Assembly (NCBI GenBank): GCA_030427725.1
Contig: JAUICV010000001.1
Span: 605,298-669,297, forward strand
Direction: 5' to 3'
Length of the DNA: 64,000 nt
DNA from: Chlamydiia bacterium
GTDB lineage: Bacteria; Chlamydiota; Chlamydiia; Chlamydiales; GCA-2402025
Position numbers and translations under genes: made by a program. The notes beneath the pieces were generated by a model, which had not been told where the DNA came from, did no database searches, and saw only the letters and a list, made by a program, of their open reading frames with translations. Shown here in pieces: positions 49,564 through 58,263 of the stretch (within the stretch, counting starts at the first letter, position 1; the number at the start of each line of letters is the position of its first letter).

Positions 49564-50049
49564 TCAGCTCTTATCAACGCTTGCGTTAAGCTTTTGATAA
49601 ACACCAACACCGATAATAAATACCGTTGAGGTCAATAGTAAAAGAACTGGATAAACAAGCTGGTCAAGCTGCGTTTTTGCGACCTCTATTGTTAACACAA
49701 GCCCCTCTAAAGCCAGAGCTGTCGCTATAATCACCACAAATTTTGTTAAGATTTCCCTTTCTTCTCTAGGTTTTCTTATATGTGAATGCTTGATGATTTC
49801 TTCTAAGGTTAAATACTTAGCAACATCGATTACAGCTATTGAAAAAACAATTAAGCCAACTTCATCTAGGAGATTGTAAACTGTAAACCCCCCATTCAAC
49901 ACATCTAAAACAATCGAATAAACTGCAGAACCTATGATCCAAAGGGATAATAAATATAAAATGCCACACCCTAAGATGTAGCCTATTTTAGAAAAAATGT
50001 GTACAGCCCTAGACTTATCATCCATAGGATAGCGCCCTCTTTTTTGCAT
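49564..50049 (-). CDS. hypothetical 4-TM membrane protein
   Basis: 161-aa ORF with four hydrophobic helices. No firm family. Confidence 0.45.
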   Translation of the reverse strand: MQKRGRYPMDDKSRAVHIFSKIGYILGCGILYLLSLWIIGSAVYSIVLDVLNGGFTVYNLLDEVGLIVFSIAVIDVAKYLTLEEIIKHSHIRKPREEREILTKFVVIIATALALEGLVLTIEVAKTQLDQLVYPVLLLLTSTVFIIGVGVYQKLNASVDKS

Positions 50050-50179
50050 TTAGACAACAAATAAACAAAAAATGCGCAGGATTCAATAAAAAATTTACAA
50101 AAGATCGTTATTTCTCTTAACATCTTCGATAATAGATCTAATTAAAACATGGACTTTTGAGCCCTTTAAATTCTCAAAT

Positions 50180-50188
50180 TGGTATAAT
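50180..50188 (+). promoter_or_regulatory. candidate extended -10 element (TGgTATAAT)
   Basis: Perfect TGnTATAAT 21 nt upstream of ATG 50209, with an agagg SD between. Confidence 0.35.
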
Positions 50189-50208
50189 CTCCAGAAAAAA
50201 GAGGCCAA

Positions 50209-51078
50209 ATGCAAAAATTATCCTTACTTGAAGCTCTAAAAGCTAAATTTCCTGAAAGCTCTTCAAACACTTTGAGAGAGTGGATTAAGCAAAAAAGAGT
50301 CCTAGTTAACAGTCTTACTGCACTTAAAGCCTCAGATCAAGTTTTGCCTACTGATCATATTGCTTTAGAAAAGAAAACGGCCCACCTTCAAGGAGGGCTT
50401 AAAATCGTCTACCAAGATTCTGATATTGTAGTTGTTGATAAGCCAGCTTTCATGCTTAGCGTTGCTACTGAGTTTTCAGACGATCTATCAGCTCATTGCA
50501 TTTTAAAAAGACACTACTTTAAAAAAAGAGTCTACCCTGTTCATAGACTCGACAAAAATACATCAGGACTTTTGGTCTTTGCACTGAATGCAACCGCTAA
50601 AGAAGGCCTCAAAAGTCAATTTAAAAACAGATCTTTATCTAGAAACTATTTAGCTATTGTCCACAGAAAACTAGAAGAAGAAAAAGGCACGTGGAAAAGC
50701 TTTCTATCAGAAGGACCTGATCTTAAGATGAGATCCTCTCAAGTCGATAGTGAGGGAGTTTTGGCAATTACTCACTATAAAGTTATTCATACGACAAAAA
50801 ACCTTTCGCTACTAGATATTAAATTAGAAACTGGCCGCAAAAACCAAATTCGAATCCAAGCCTTAGACAATCTATCGCCTCTTCTTGGTGATAAAAAGTA
50901 CAAACTCATGGATGACAACTTTCCAAGGCTTGCCCTTCACGCATATAGATTACAATTTACGCATCCAACTCAAAAGAAAACTCTTTGCTTTAAATCTCTT
51001 TTTCCAAGAGAATTACAAGATATTATCGATGTAAGGGTCATTATAGGTGAAGAAGCTATATCGCTGCAGATGGGATAA
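50209..51078 (+). CDS. RluA-family rRNA pseudouridine synthase with S4 domain
   Basis: HRLDKNTSGLLVFA catalytic-Asp motif, GRKNQIR, N-terminal S4-like segment. Confidence 0.8.
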   Translation: MQKLSLLEALKAKFPESSSNTLREWIKQKRVLVNSLTALKASDQVLPTDHIALEKKTAHLQGGLKIVYQDSDIVVVDKPAFMLSVATEFSDDLSAHCILKRHYFKKRVYPVHRLDKNTSGLLVFALNATAKEGLKSQFKNRSLSRNYLAIVHRKLEEEKGTWKSFLSEGPDLKMRSSQVDSEGVLAITHYKVIHTTKNLSLLDIKLETGRKNQIRIQALDNLSPLLGDKKYKLMDDNFPRLALHAYRLQFTHPTQKKTLCFKSLFPRELQDIIDVRVIIGEEAISLQMG

Positions 51079-51451
51079 AAAAATTGGTGGTGTTTGCGGA
51101 GGGCTTGCGCAGTACTTTCAATGTGATGCGACCATTGTGCGGATTGTAATCACGGCTCTTTTTTTCTTAACAGGTATGCTACCAGTAGCTGTCGCTTACT
51201 TTATTGCTTATCTTGTGACCCCCCTTGGACCTAAGGTCTATGTTGAAATTCCAGGTAGAAAGCTATATCGATCTCGTACCAACAGAAAAATTTCTGGCGT
51301 CTGCGGTGGTATTGGAGAGTACTTCAACATTGACCCTCTTATCATTAGGATCGCTTACCTAATTCTTTGTATCAGTACGGCCGTAGCGCCACTTTTGATT
51401 ACCTATGTAATTGGTGTCATGATTATTCCGGAAAACCCTGACCAGATTTAA
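51047..51451 (+). CDS. PspC-domain membrane protein (two PspC repeats)
   Basis: Twice KLYR(C/S)R..KI(G/S)GVCGG(L/I)..YF..D..I(V/I)RI followed by a TM. GTG start overlapping the upstream gene. Confidence 0.7.
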   Translation: MKKLYRCRWDKKIGGVCGGLAQYFQCDATIVRIVITALFFLTGMLPVAVAYFIAYLVTPLGPKVYVEIPGRKLYRSRTNRKISGVCGGIGEYFNIDPLIIRIAYLILCISTAVAPLLITYVIGVMIIPENPDQI

Positions 51452-51526
51452 AAGCCTTACTTTTTAAATATTCCACCATTTTCTATACTCTCCTCATAAT
51501 GCAAAGTTCAAATAAAAGGAATAGTC

Positions 51527-52195
51527 GTGGAGAAAACGTTAGTTGTTATTTTACTCGGTCCACCAGGTGTTGGAAAAGGATCACAAGCTACAAAAATCTG
51601 CAGTCAATACAAACTAACTCATATCTCAACCGGAGATCTTTTTAGAGAAAATATTAAAAATCAAACAGAGCTTGGCAAAAAAGCTCAAGATATCATGGCT
51701 AGTGGAGCCTTAGTTCCTGATGAGCTCGTTTTATCAATGCTTTTTGATAGAATTGAAAAGCAAGATTGTAAAACCGGATATCTTTTAGATGGATTTCCAA
51801 GAACTTTAGCTCAGGCTCAAAGTTTTGATAAAAAGTTGAAACCAACTGATAATCTCATAGTTATTAGCTTGGAAGCTAGCGACGAAACCGTTGTTGAAAG
51901 AATCAGCGGAAGACTCTCATGCAAAACATGTAACAGAATTTACCACAAAATCGTAAATCCTCCATCTCAAGAAGGTCTCTGTGATCATTGTCACGAAACG
52001 CTTTATCAAAGACCAGACGACAAAGAAGAAGTTGTTAAACGAAGACTTTCTGTTTATAAAACTCAAACAAAGCCTCTAATTGATCACTACAAAAAGCTAA
52101 ATGTTTTAAAGACTATATCTGGTGAACATTCAATCGATAAAGTCTTTGAAGACATATCAATCGTACTTGCATCAACAACTGGAGAAAAAGTCTAA
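51527..52195 (+). CDS. adk: adenylate kinase (zinc-lid type)
   Basis: GPPGVGKGSQ P-loop, GFPRT, lid CKTCNRIYH...CDHC. GTG start with aaagga SD. Confidence 0.9.
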   Translation: MEKTLVVILLGPPGVGKGSQATKICSQYKLTHISTGDLFRENIKNQTELGKKAQDIMASGALVPDELVLSMLFDRIEKQDCKTGYLLDGFPRTLAQAQSFDKKLKPTDNLIVISLEASDETVVERISGRLSCKTCNRIYHKIVNPPSQEGLCDHCHETLYQRPDDKEEVVKRRLSVYKTQTKPLIDHYKKLNVLKTISGEHSIDKVFEDISIVLASTTGEKV

Positions 52196-52587
52196 TGAGC
52201 TCTAATCAATATGAAAATATTCAAGAGGATCTTAAAAAGTTTTTCTCCGATTGGGAGAGCTTTTCTAAAGATGACAATTACCTTTCAGACCCTCATTTGA
52301 AAGCTATGGCAACAGATATTGTGAAACTTTACGAAGACTCCAATACCCTATTAAAAAACCCCAAACTCAAAGAAGATGCAGAGCTAGCAATTTATATGCT
52401 ATCAACTCCATGGGGCGCTCCATTTGTAGCAGACGCCACATTAATCGAAGCGGCAAAATCTTGTCTCGATGAATCAGTAGAGCCTCTAAAACATCTTTTA
52501 AAAGATTTCTCTAGCTACTCTGATGCATTTGATAACCAATTATATTGTATTTTTCAAGATATACAAGACGACTTAAATAAAGATTAG
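52195..52587 (+). CDS. hypothetical small acidic helical protein
   Basis: 130 aa. ATG overlaps the adk stop (TAATG). No family recognised. Confidence 0.5.
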   Translation: MSSNQYENIQEDLKKFFSDWESFSKDDNYLSDPHLKAMATDIVKLYEDSNTLLKNPKLKEDAELAIYMLSTPWGAPFVADATLIEAAKSCLDESVEPLKHLLKDFSSYSDAFDNQLYCIFQDIQDDLNKD

Positions 52588-52662
52588 CTACCTAAAAATA
52601 AAAGATTGCTATATAGATTTTAAAAGAAAAAAACGAAAACCCATCAGTTGAGGTCTCTATCT

Positions 52663-53001
52663 ATGAAAAAATACAGCCTTTTAATCAGTTTGTTTGCAGC
52701 CTTTTTACTCTGTGGTGGTGTCATGGGATTTATCAAGGCCTCATCTATAGCATCTCTTGTTATGAGCCTTTGCTTTTCTATAGGGCTGTTTCTATCTGCT
52801 TACGTTGGTAAACTTGGAAAAATTTGGGGCCTATATTTCGCAGCAGTTCAGATTGTAGCTTTGAATATTTTTTTCTTAGTTCGCTTCACAAAATCATTCG
52901 CTGTTTTTCCTGCAGGAGTTATGTGCGTAGCTACAACTTTGATCGGAATCCCTCTGCTTTCATATCTTACTACAAAAGCCAAGGAAAGAAAGTACAACTA
53001 G
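52663..53001 (+). CDS. TMEM14/UPF0136-family small membrane protein
   Basis: MKKYSLLISLFAAFLLCGGVMGFIKASSIASLVMS... four helices, GG..G(F/Y)xK.S..SL pattern. Confidence 0.55.
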   Translation: MKKYSLLISLFAAFLLCGGVMGFIKASSIASLVMSLCFSIGLFLSAYVGKLGKIWGLYFAAVQIVALNIFFLVRFTKSFAVFPAGVMCVATTLIGIPLLSYLTTKAKERKYN

Positions 53002-53669
53002 AGCAGATTTCTCGACTTAAACCTTTCAGAGACCACTTCCCACGAAATGTTTTTTATAAACGTTTTGATATATCCCATCCTATCTAAACCAAATTCTGTT
53101 AAATAAGCATGTTCCCATACATCCATAACAAGTAAAGGCTTTCCACCTGCTAAATGACCTAAATCATGTTCATTGATCCAACAATTATAAAGTCTTTTTT
53201 CAATGGGGTCTTCATACAAGATAACCCAACCTATGCCTCTCATTAAACCTGTGGAAATAAAGTCTTTTTCAAACGCTTCATAGCTTTTGAAATCACGAAC
53301 AATTCTTTTATATAACGCTCCCTTATTATCAAGGGGCTTAACTTTGCCCATATTTTCAAAATAAAGTTCATGAAGTCTCATACCATCATATTCCCACCCT
53401 AGCCGCCTTTTTAAAGCACCAAAATTTAAGCTCCCTTCTTGATTGCTTAACTTAAGATCTTCAATCTGCTTTAACAGCTTATTAGTATTTATCACATAGC
53501 CTTCATAGAGTTTTAAATGCATTTTCAACAGCTTTTGATCAAGTCCTACAACCTCCGATAAAAGATGAGAAAAATTTTTACTTTTGAACTCAAAAGATGA
53601 GGATATTTTTTCAATAGCTGACACATGTACCGAAGCTAAAAAAATAAATAACAATAAACATTTTTTCAT
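52998..53669 (-). CDS. Fe/Mn superoxide dismutase family protein with signal peptide
   Basis: C-terminal ligand motif MDVWEHAYL, internal H in LHELYF and KMHLKLYEGYV. N-terminus MKKCLLLFIFLASVHVSA. Confidence 0.7.
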   Translation of the reverse strand: MKKCLLLFIFLASVHVSAIEKISSSFEFKSKNFSHLLSEVVGLDQKLLKMHLKLYEGYVINTNKLLKQIEDLKLSNQEGSLNFGALKRRLGWEYDGMRLHELYFENMGKVKPLDNKGALYKRIVRDFKSYEAFEKDFISTGLMRGIGWVILYEDPIEKRLYNCWINEHDLGHLAGGKPLLVMDVWEHAYLTEFGLDRMGYIKTFIKNISWEVVSERFKSRNLL

Positions 53670-53828
53670 TTAAACCCTACTAAAATAACTTTTTAATTAA
53701 TTGTGTTAACTATATTTTTTAACAAAACTAACAATTAAGATTTACATCAAATATTTATTTGAAACCTTAACCCCAATTAATTATCCTGGTATAATAGATG
53801 TCAATTTAAGTCAAAGATTGATAACGTT

Positions 53829-55229
53829 ATGGTTAACACTATTTCACTGTACAGGTACCCTCAAAATACCTCGTTAGACAAGCCTGAATCAAGCATCTCT
53901 AAAAGTGAGTATTTTAAGGCTGTGAAAACAGCTCAAAAAGTCGATCACCAGATTTATACCAAGGAAAGACTAAATAGATTAGGCCTTCCAGTAACGTCCA
54001 ATGCCACAGGAATCACAAATTTAGTAACAGCTCCTATTACATTAGCGACTATTACCTATAAAGCTATTAAAACATCGAAATCTAACCAACTCCCTTTTGA
54101 TTACAAAGAAGCTTTCGTAAAAAGCGCTTCAACTACCGCCTCTTTTGTTCACGCTTTTGGCTTATTGTCTCAATACTTGTATGTATTTGCTGTAAAATTC
54201 GCATCTCCTCTTATTGCCACTTTTGCTGGAGCCATTTTCTACCCTATTGAAATTGTTTATAATGTATGGATGCTACAATCTACACACACAATCAATAAAA
54301 CAATAAACGAAGACTTGATCAAAGCCTTGGCTCCTCTAAAAGATAGTAGCATTTACCAAAATAAAGCTAAGTTTTCAAAAGCTTTAAAAACGTTAGATAA
54401 ACAATTAAAAGCCAATTCAAGCGACTTAAAACAACTTCTTGGAAAAGAAGTTCTAGAAGAAGCTAAAGCTGCAGTAGCTCACGCAAATTTTCGAATGAAC
54501 AAAACCTTCAATATAAAAGAAGTACACACAAACTTGAATAAAAAGTTGTTAAAAACATACACAACAACCATACAAAAATCGATTCAAGCCCTTCAGAAAT
54601 CTAGGCTAGATCTAAAGTCAAAAGACATTAAAAAACTTGATGAGTATGCTAGGAAGGCATACAAATCTCTACCTGCAGAAAAAGCTCTTTATCTTACATT
54701 AGAAAAAATTCAAAAAGCTCACGAAGATAAAAAAAACAAGCTGTCTAGACTACTTAGGCCATGGGTTGTTGAAAAATTCACAAGAGAAAGTGCCACTATC
54801 ATCAAAAATTTACAAAGTGAAGACCCAAAACTTGTACAAAAAGGAATAGAACAAGGACTAGATCTTTTAAACGACATAAATTTTGTAGCCTCCGGGAAAC
54901 AAACTGTTCACTTTAACGCTTGTGTCATGAACTTTATTTTGCTGATAATGCTAGCGGCAACCACAGTAGCTTTGCCTTTTGCGATTCCTGTTCTTATCAG
55001 TGTAACATTTTTTATATGGGGCGTGCTTGACCTTTCTATAAACGTTGGTTTACTCGATAGTCCAGATAAGAAATTCCATGTTGAAAACCTAATTCCGAAC
55101 TGGGTTAAAGATAGCTATAATTACTTAAAGACATTAAGTATCTTTAAAAGCAACACTCCTAAAAGAAAAGATGTGATTAAAGATCCAAGATCTACTACTA
55201 CTCAAAGAGTCTATACAAAAATAGCCTAG
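53829..55229 (+). CDS. hypothetical membrane protein with two bilobed hydrophobic domains (Inc-like) and a coiled-coil middle
   Basis: FVHAFGLLSQYLYVFAVKFASPLIATFAGAIFYPIEIVYNVW and VMNFILLIMLAATTVALPFAIPVLISVTFFIWGVL, separated by a K/E/L-rich helical region. Confidence 0.55.
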   Translation: MVNTISLYRYPQNTSLDKPESSISKSEYFKAVKTAQKVDHQIYTKERLNRLGLPVTSNATGITNLVTAPITLATITYKAIKTSKSNQLPFDYKEAFVKSASTTASFVHAFGLLSQYLYVFAVKFASPLIATFAGAIFYPIEIVYNVWMLQSTHTINKTINEDLIKALAPLKDSSIYQNKAKFSKALKTLDKQLKANSSDLKQLLGKEVLEEAKAAVAHANFRMNKTFNIKEVHTNLNKKLLKTYTTTIQKSIQALQKSRLDLKSKDIKKLDEYARKAYKSLPAEKALYLTLEKIQKAHEDKKNKLSRLLRPWVVEKFTRESATIIKNLQSEDPKLVQKGIEQGLDLLNDINFVASGKQTVHFNACVMNFILLIMLAATTVALPFAIPVLISVTFFIWGVLDLSINVGLLDSPDKKFHVENLIPNWVKDSYNYLKTLSIFKSNTPKRKDVIKDPRSTTTQRVYTKIA

Positions 55230-55285
55230 AGCTCATTTTTTAAATTTAGCGATTCTTTGAAAAAGAATCTGTTGCTCCAAAAGTA

Positions 55286-55999
55286 TTGCTTTTTTTATCG
55301 TTGGCTTTTTCTATCTTTATCAATTGTATTCGCATGACGGGGAAACGTTTTGTTATTTTTATTGCTCTCTTTGGGCTGTTAAACGTCTTTTGCTATTTTT
55401 ATATCGATCCAAATTTTGCTATTAACACCCAAGCCATTAGACGAGACTATTATGTTCTTTTGAAAATTCTATCAATCCTCTTCTCTCCACCCACTTTGCT
55501 TTTCATCTTTCCTACCCTGTTTTTTTCTGCTTTATTTATCCAAAAATCAAAAAAACAAGCTCTTTGGCTCTATCCTTTAGTCGCAAGTCTTATTTACACA
55601 AATGCAATCATCAGAGTTATTAAACTCACAATAGGAAGATCAAGACCAGATTACTTTCTTATGGAAAGCATCTATCGTTTTGATTTTTTCTCATTCGATA
55701 GGAACTTTTCATCATTTCCATCAGGACACTCGGCTACCCTAGCATGTTTTATTGGCTATTTAGCTTGTAAATATCCAAGACACGCTCTATCAATACTAGC
55801 TGGGGGGATGTTACTTTCAACTGTTAGAGCTTTCATAGGAGCTCATTACATCAGTGATGTCCTCACCGGAGATTTCTTAGGTTTTTATATCACCTGGCTT
55901 ATATTCTATAGATTTAATAACAGCACAGCTTACTTGGATTACATGTCCTGTAAAACACAATCAGAAAAAGACTCAGATCTCATACACAAAAGCTCCTAA
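55286..55999 (+). CDS. PAP2-family phosphatase (membrane)
   Basis: KLTIGRSRPD, FPSGHSA, VRAFIGAHYISDV motifs. TTG start (ATG alternative at 55334). Confidence 0.75.
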   Translation: MLFLSLAFSIFINCIRMTGKRFVIFIALFGLLNVFCYFYIDPNFAINTQAIRRDYYVLLKILSILFSPPTLLFIFPTLFFSALFIQKSKKQALWLYPLVASLIYTNAIIRVIKLTIGRSRPDYFLMESIYRFDFFSFDRNFSSFPSGHSATLACFIGYLACKYPRHALSILAGGMLLSTVRAFIGAHYISDVLTGDFLGFYITWLIFYRFNNSTAYLDYMSCKTQSEKDSDLIHKSS

Positions 56000-56022
56000 A
56001 CTTACGTTTAGGAGCTTTTGTT
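55991..56022 (+). terminator. rho-independent terminator
   Basis: AGCTCCTAAAC-TTAC-GTTTAGGAGCT + TTTTGTT. The stop codon of the PAP2 gene lies in the left arm. Confidence 0.6.
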
Positions 56023-56050
56023 AAATTTAAAGATGATTTTGATTCGTTAC

Positions 56051-56590
56051 TTATTTTTTTTTGATAGTTCCAGTTTTTATTGTAACGTAATTTTCATCAA
56101 TCTCCTCAACAAAGGTTAGAAAACCATCATCTTTCCCGATAGCCCCTACTAAATACGGTAAATATTTGAAATATTTACCGTGTTTAGACAAACTCAACTC
56201 TGTCACCTCATCTGTGTCAATATCTTGACCATTGTAGCAAAATTCTCGATACTCCATGACATGTTTTTTGCGACCAACTTCTAGTGCTACAATCTCCCAA
56301 TAGCTTTTGTTGTTTGAGCTTGCTATTATCACCCCTAACGATGAAGTATCATCATCACCTGACCTTATCACAGGCACACTAGCTGAGCATAACCCTAAAC
56401 TGTGTTTTTTTACTAAACCCTCACCAAGATTTGCTAACATTAGCTTTTGTTGAGATGCAGTGTTATAAACAATTGCAACTTCACCATCTGGTGCAGCTAT
56501 AAACTCTAATAATTCTTTGTCCTCAGACTCAACTGTCTCTGAAACTAGAGTTCCTTTTAGATGTGAAAAGAGCTCTAATTCACCATCCAT
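56051..56590 (-). CDS. hypothetical soluble protein
   Basis: 179-aa ORF. No family recognised. Confidence 0.45.
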   Translation of the reverse strand: MDGELELFSHLKGTLVSETVESEDKELLEFIAAPDGEVAIVYNTASQQKLMLANLGEGLVKKHSLGLCSASVPVIRSGDDDTSSLGVIIASSNNKSYWEIVALEVGRKKHVMEYREFCYNGQDIDTDEVTELSLSKHGKYFKYLPYLVGAIGKDDGFLTFVEEIDENYVTIKTGTIKKK

Positions 56591-56696
56591 TTGCGTCTCT
56601 CCTGTCGTTATTTATCAAAATAGTTTTATCTCTTTAAAAAATTACAAGCAACCTCTAAAGTTAAGTTTGTTTTTTATCATTTCCTACAAACAGCCT

Positions 56697-57257
56697 ATGA
56701 ATGAGCCACACCCCTTAATCAAAAATAGATGGTCACCAAGAGCCATGAGTGGAGAAATCCTTTCTGAAAAGGAATTTATGCCGCTTTTTGAAGCGGCTTC
56801 TTTAGCTCCGTCTAGCTCAAATAGTCAGCCATGGAGGTTTTTGATCACAAAAGCTAAAACTGAGCGTTTTGAGCAGTTTTTATCACTATTATTTGAAGGT
56901 AATCGTATATGGGCGAAAAATGCATCATTGCTAGTTCTTGTTATCTCTAGGCTACATTTTGAAAAAAATGATAAATTTTCGAAAACGCATAGCTTTGACA
57001 CAGGAGCCGCATGGGAAAATTTAGCTCTTCAAGGGTGCTTTCAAAATCTTGTTATTCATGGAATGGCTGGTTTTGATTACGTAAAAGCTAAAGAGATTTT
57101 TTCCATTCCAGATATTTATCAAATAGAAATGGCGATAGCCATTGGAAAACCTGGAGACAAAAACTCTCTGCCTGAAGAACTTAAGAAAGTTGAGTACCCA
57201 AAAGAAAGAAAACCCTTAGAAGAACTTATTTGTTTTGATTCATTTGCATTTGAGTAA
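56697..57257 (+). CDS. nitroreductase-family oxidoreductase
   Basis: From ATG 56697: NRWSPRAM, APSSSNSQPWRF, GMAGFD. The upstream part of the ORF-track ORF overlaps the divergent gene and is not conserved-looking. Confidence 0.7.
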   Translation: MNEPHPLIKNRWSPRAMSGEILSEKEFMPLFEAASLAPSSSNSQPWRFLITKAKTERFEQFLSLLFEGNRIWAKNASLLVLVISRLHFEKNDKFSKTHSFDTGAAWENLALQGCFQNLVIHGMAGFDYVKAKEIFSIPDIYQIEMAIAIGKPGDKNSLPEELKKVEYPKERKPLEELICFDSFAFE

Positions 57258-57289
57258 AAAAAATCGAGCAAGTCATAAACTTGCTCGAT
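57256..57289 (-). terminator. rho-independent terminator of the histone-like gene
   Basis: ATCGAGCAAGT-CATAA-ACTTGCTCGAT (11-bp stem). On the minus strand it is followed by T8. Confidence 0.65.
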
Positions 57290-57349
57290 ATACATGGAGT
57301 GGTAGTGAAGTCTTAAAGACTTCAAAACTAACGTATTAGAGAGTAAAAC

Positions 57350-57871
57350 TTACTTTTTAGAAGTTTTTCTTTTAACAGTTCTTCTAGCTTTAGGCTTAGA
57401 AGCTGTTGTTTTTCTCTTAGTTGTTTTTCTACGTGTAGTTTTTTTAGCAGCTGGTTTTCTCTTAGCTGTAGTCTTTCTTTTTGCAGTTGTTTTTTTAGCA
57501 GCTGGTTTTCTTTTAGCTGTAGTCTTTCTTTTTGCAGTTGTTTTTTTCTTAGCAGCTGGTTTTCTTTTAGCTGTAGTCTTTTTTGCAGTTGTTTTTTTCT
57601 TAGCAGCTGGCTTTCTCTTAGCTGTAGTCTTTCTTTTTGTAGTTGTTTTTTTCTTTGCAGCTGGTTTTCTTTTAGCTGTAGTCTTTCTTTTTGTAGTTGT
57701 TTTTTTCTTTGCAGCTGGTTTTCTTTTAGCTGTAGTCTTTTTAGCAGCTGGTTTTCTCTTAGCTGTAGTCTTTCTTGCAGTTGTTTTCTTACGAACAACT
57801 CTTTTTTTAGCTGGAGCAGCCTTCTTTGCAGCAGGCTTTCTCTTAGCTGTAGTTTTTCTTTTTGTTGCCAT
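57350..57871 (-). CDS. hctB: lysine/arginine-rich histone H1-like nucleoid protein, chlamydial Hc2-like
   Basis: 173 aa made almost only of K,R,T,A,P. About 9 units of KRKPAAKK(K)TT(A/T)(KRKTTA). Strong aaggag SD 7 nt upstream of the ATG. Confidence 0.7.
   Translation of the reverse strand: MATKRKTTAKRKPAAKKAAPAKKRVVRKKTTARKTTAKRKPAAKKTTAKRKPAAKKKTTTKRKTTAKRKPAAKKKTTTKRKTTAKRKPAAKKKTTAKKTTAKRKPAAKKKTTAKRKTTAKRKPAAKKTTAKRKTTAKRKPAAKKTTRRKTTKRKTTASKPKARRTVKRKTSKK
57400..57845 (-). repeat. imperfect in-frame tandem repeats (about 51-54 nt units) inside the histone-like gene
   Basis: The core gcagctggttttct(c/t)ttagctgtagtc recurs about every 51-55 nt on the + strand. Boundaries are approximate. 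Confidence 0.7.
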
Positions 57872-58263
57872 TTTGTTTTCTCCTTGATGGTATTACCAAA
57901 TAGGATTTTTATTAACGAAGATAACGCTAATAAAAAATACAATATCTCCTACAATTTTTAATATACAAATAATTCAATATTTTATAAAACAAAAAAGTAT
58001 AAACTTTATTTTACTTAATTAATTTAATTTTGTAATATGCTGCTCAAACCATCTTCTAGGCTTAAATTTACTAATTAATAAAATTTAATAATTTTTTTTT
58101 GAATTTCTACATTTTTGAAAAATAAATCTTAAAAAAACAAAGAAAAGAACTTCTTATTTGTGCAAATTCGAATGTTTGTAAAAGCATTCACTTTTTACAG
58201 TTATTTAAATTTCAAACCGTCACAATTACTCTATTATCCACCTAACTGTTAGTTAGATACGAT

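Noticed and set aside
52824-53087. 87-aa plus-strand ORF spanning the TMEM14-like gene end and the SOD gene end
   Set aside because: It overlaps two better-supported genes in alternative/antisense frames and has no start context.
57328-57942. 204-aa ORF (LQLKENQLQRKK... repeats) on the same strand as the histone-like gene, in another frame
   Set aside because: It is a by-product of the low-complexity repeat staying open in two frames. It needs a TTG start with no SD. The 173-aa frame has ATG plus aaggag and resembles Hc2.
58001-58008. TAAAGTTT on the minus strand upstream of the Hc2-like gene, matching the sigma28 -35 element reported for chlamydial hctB
   Set aside because: The expected -10 (GCCGATAA-like) is not present at the right spacing; only ..TTTTATAA is there. 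An 8-mer of A/T in AT-rich DNA is weak evidence.
58234-58242. TTATCCACC, one mismatch from the DnaA box TTATCCACA, in a 390-bp AT-rich spacer. I considered an origin of replication.
   Set aside because: I found only a single box. There is no cluster and no dnaA/dnaN nearby. AT-richness here is shared by several other spacers.
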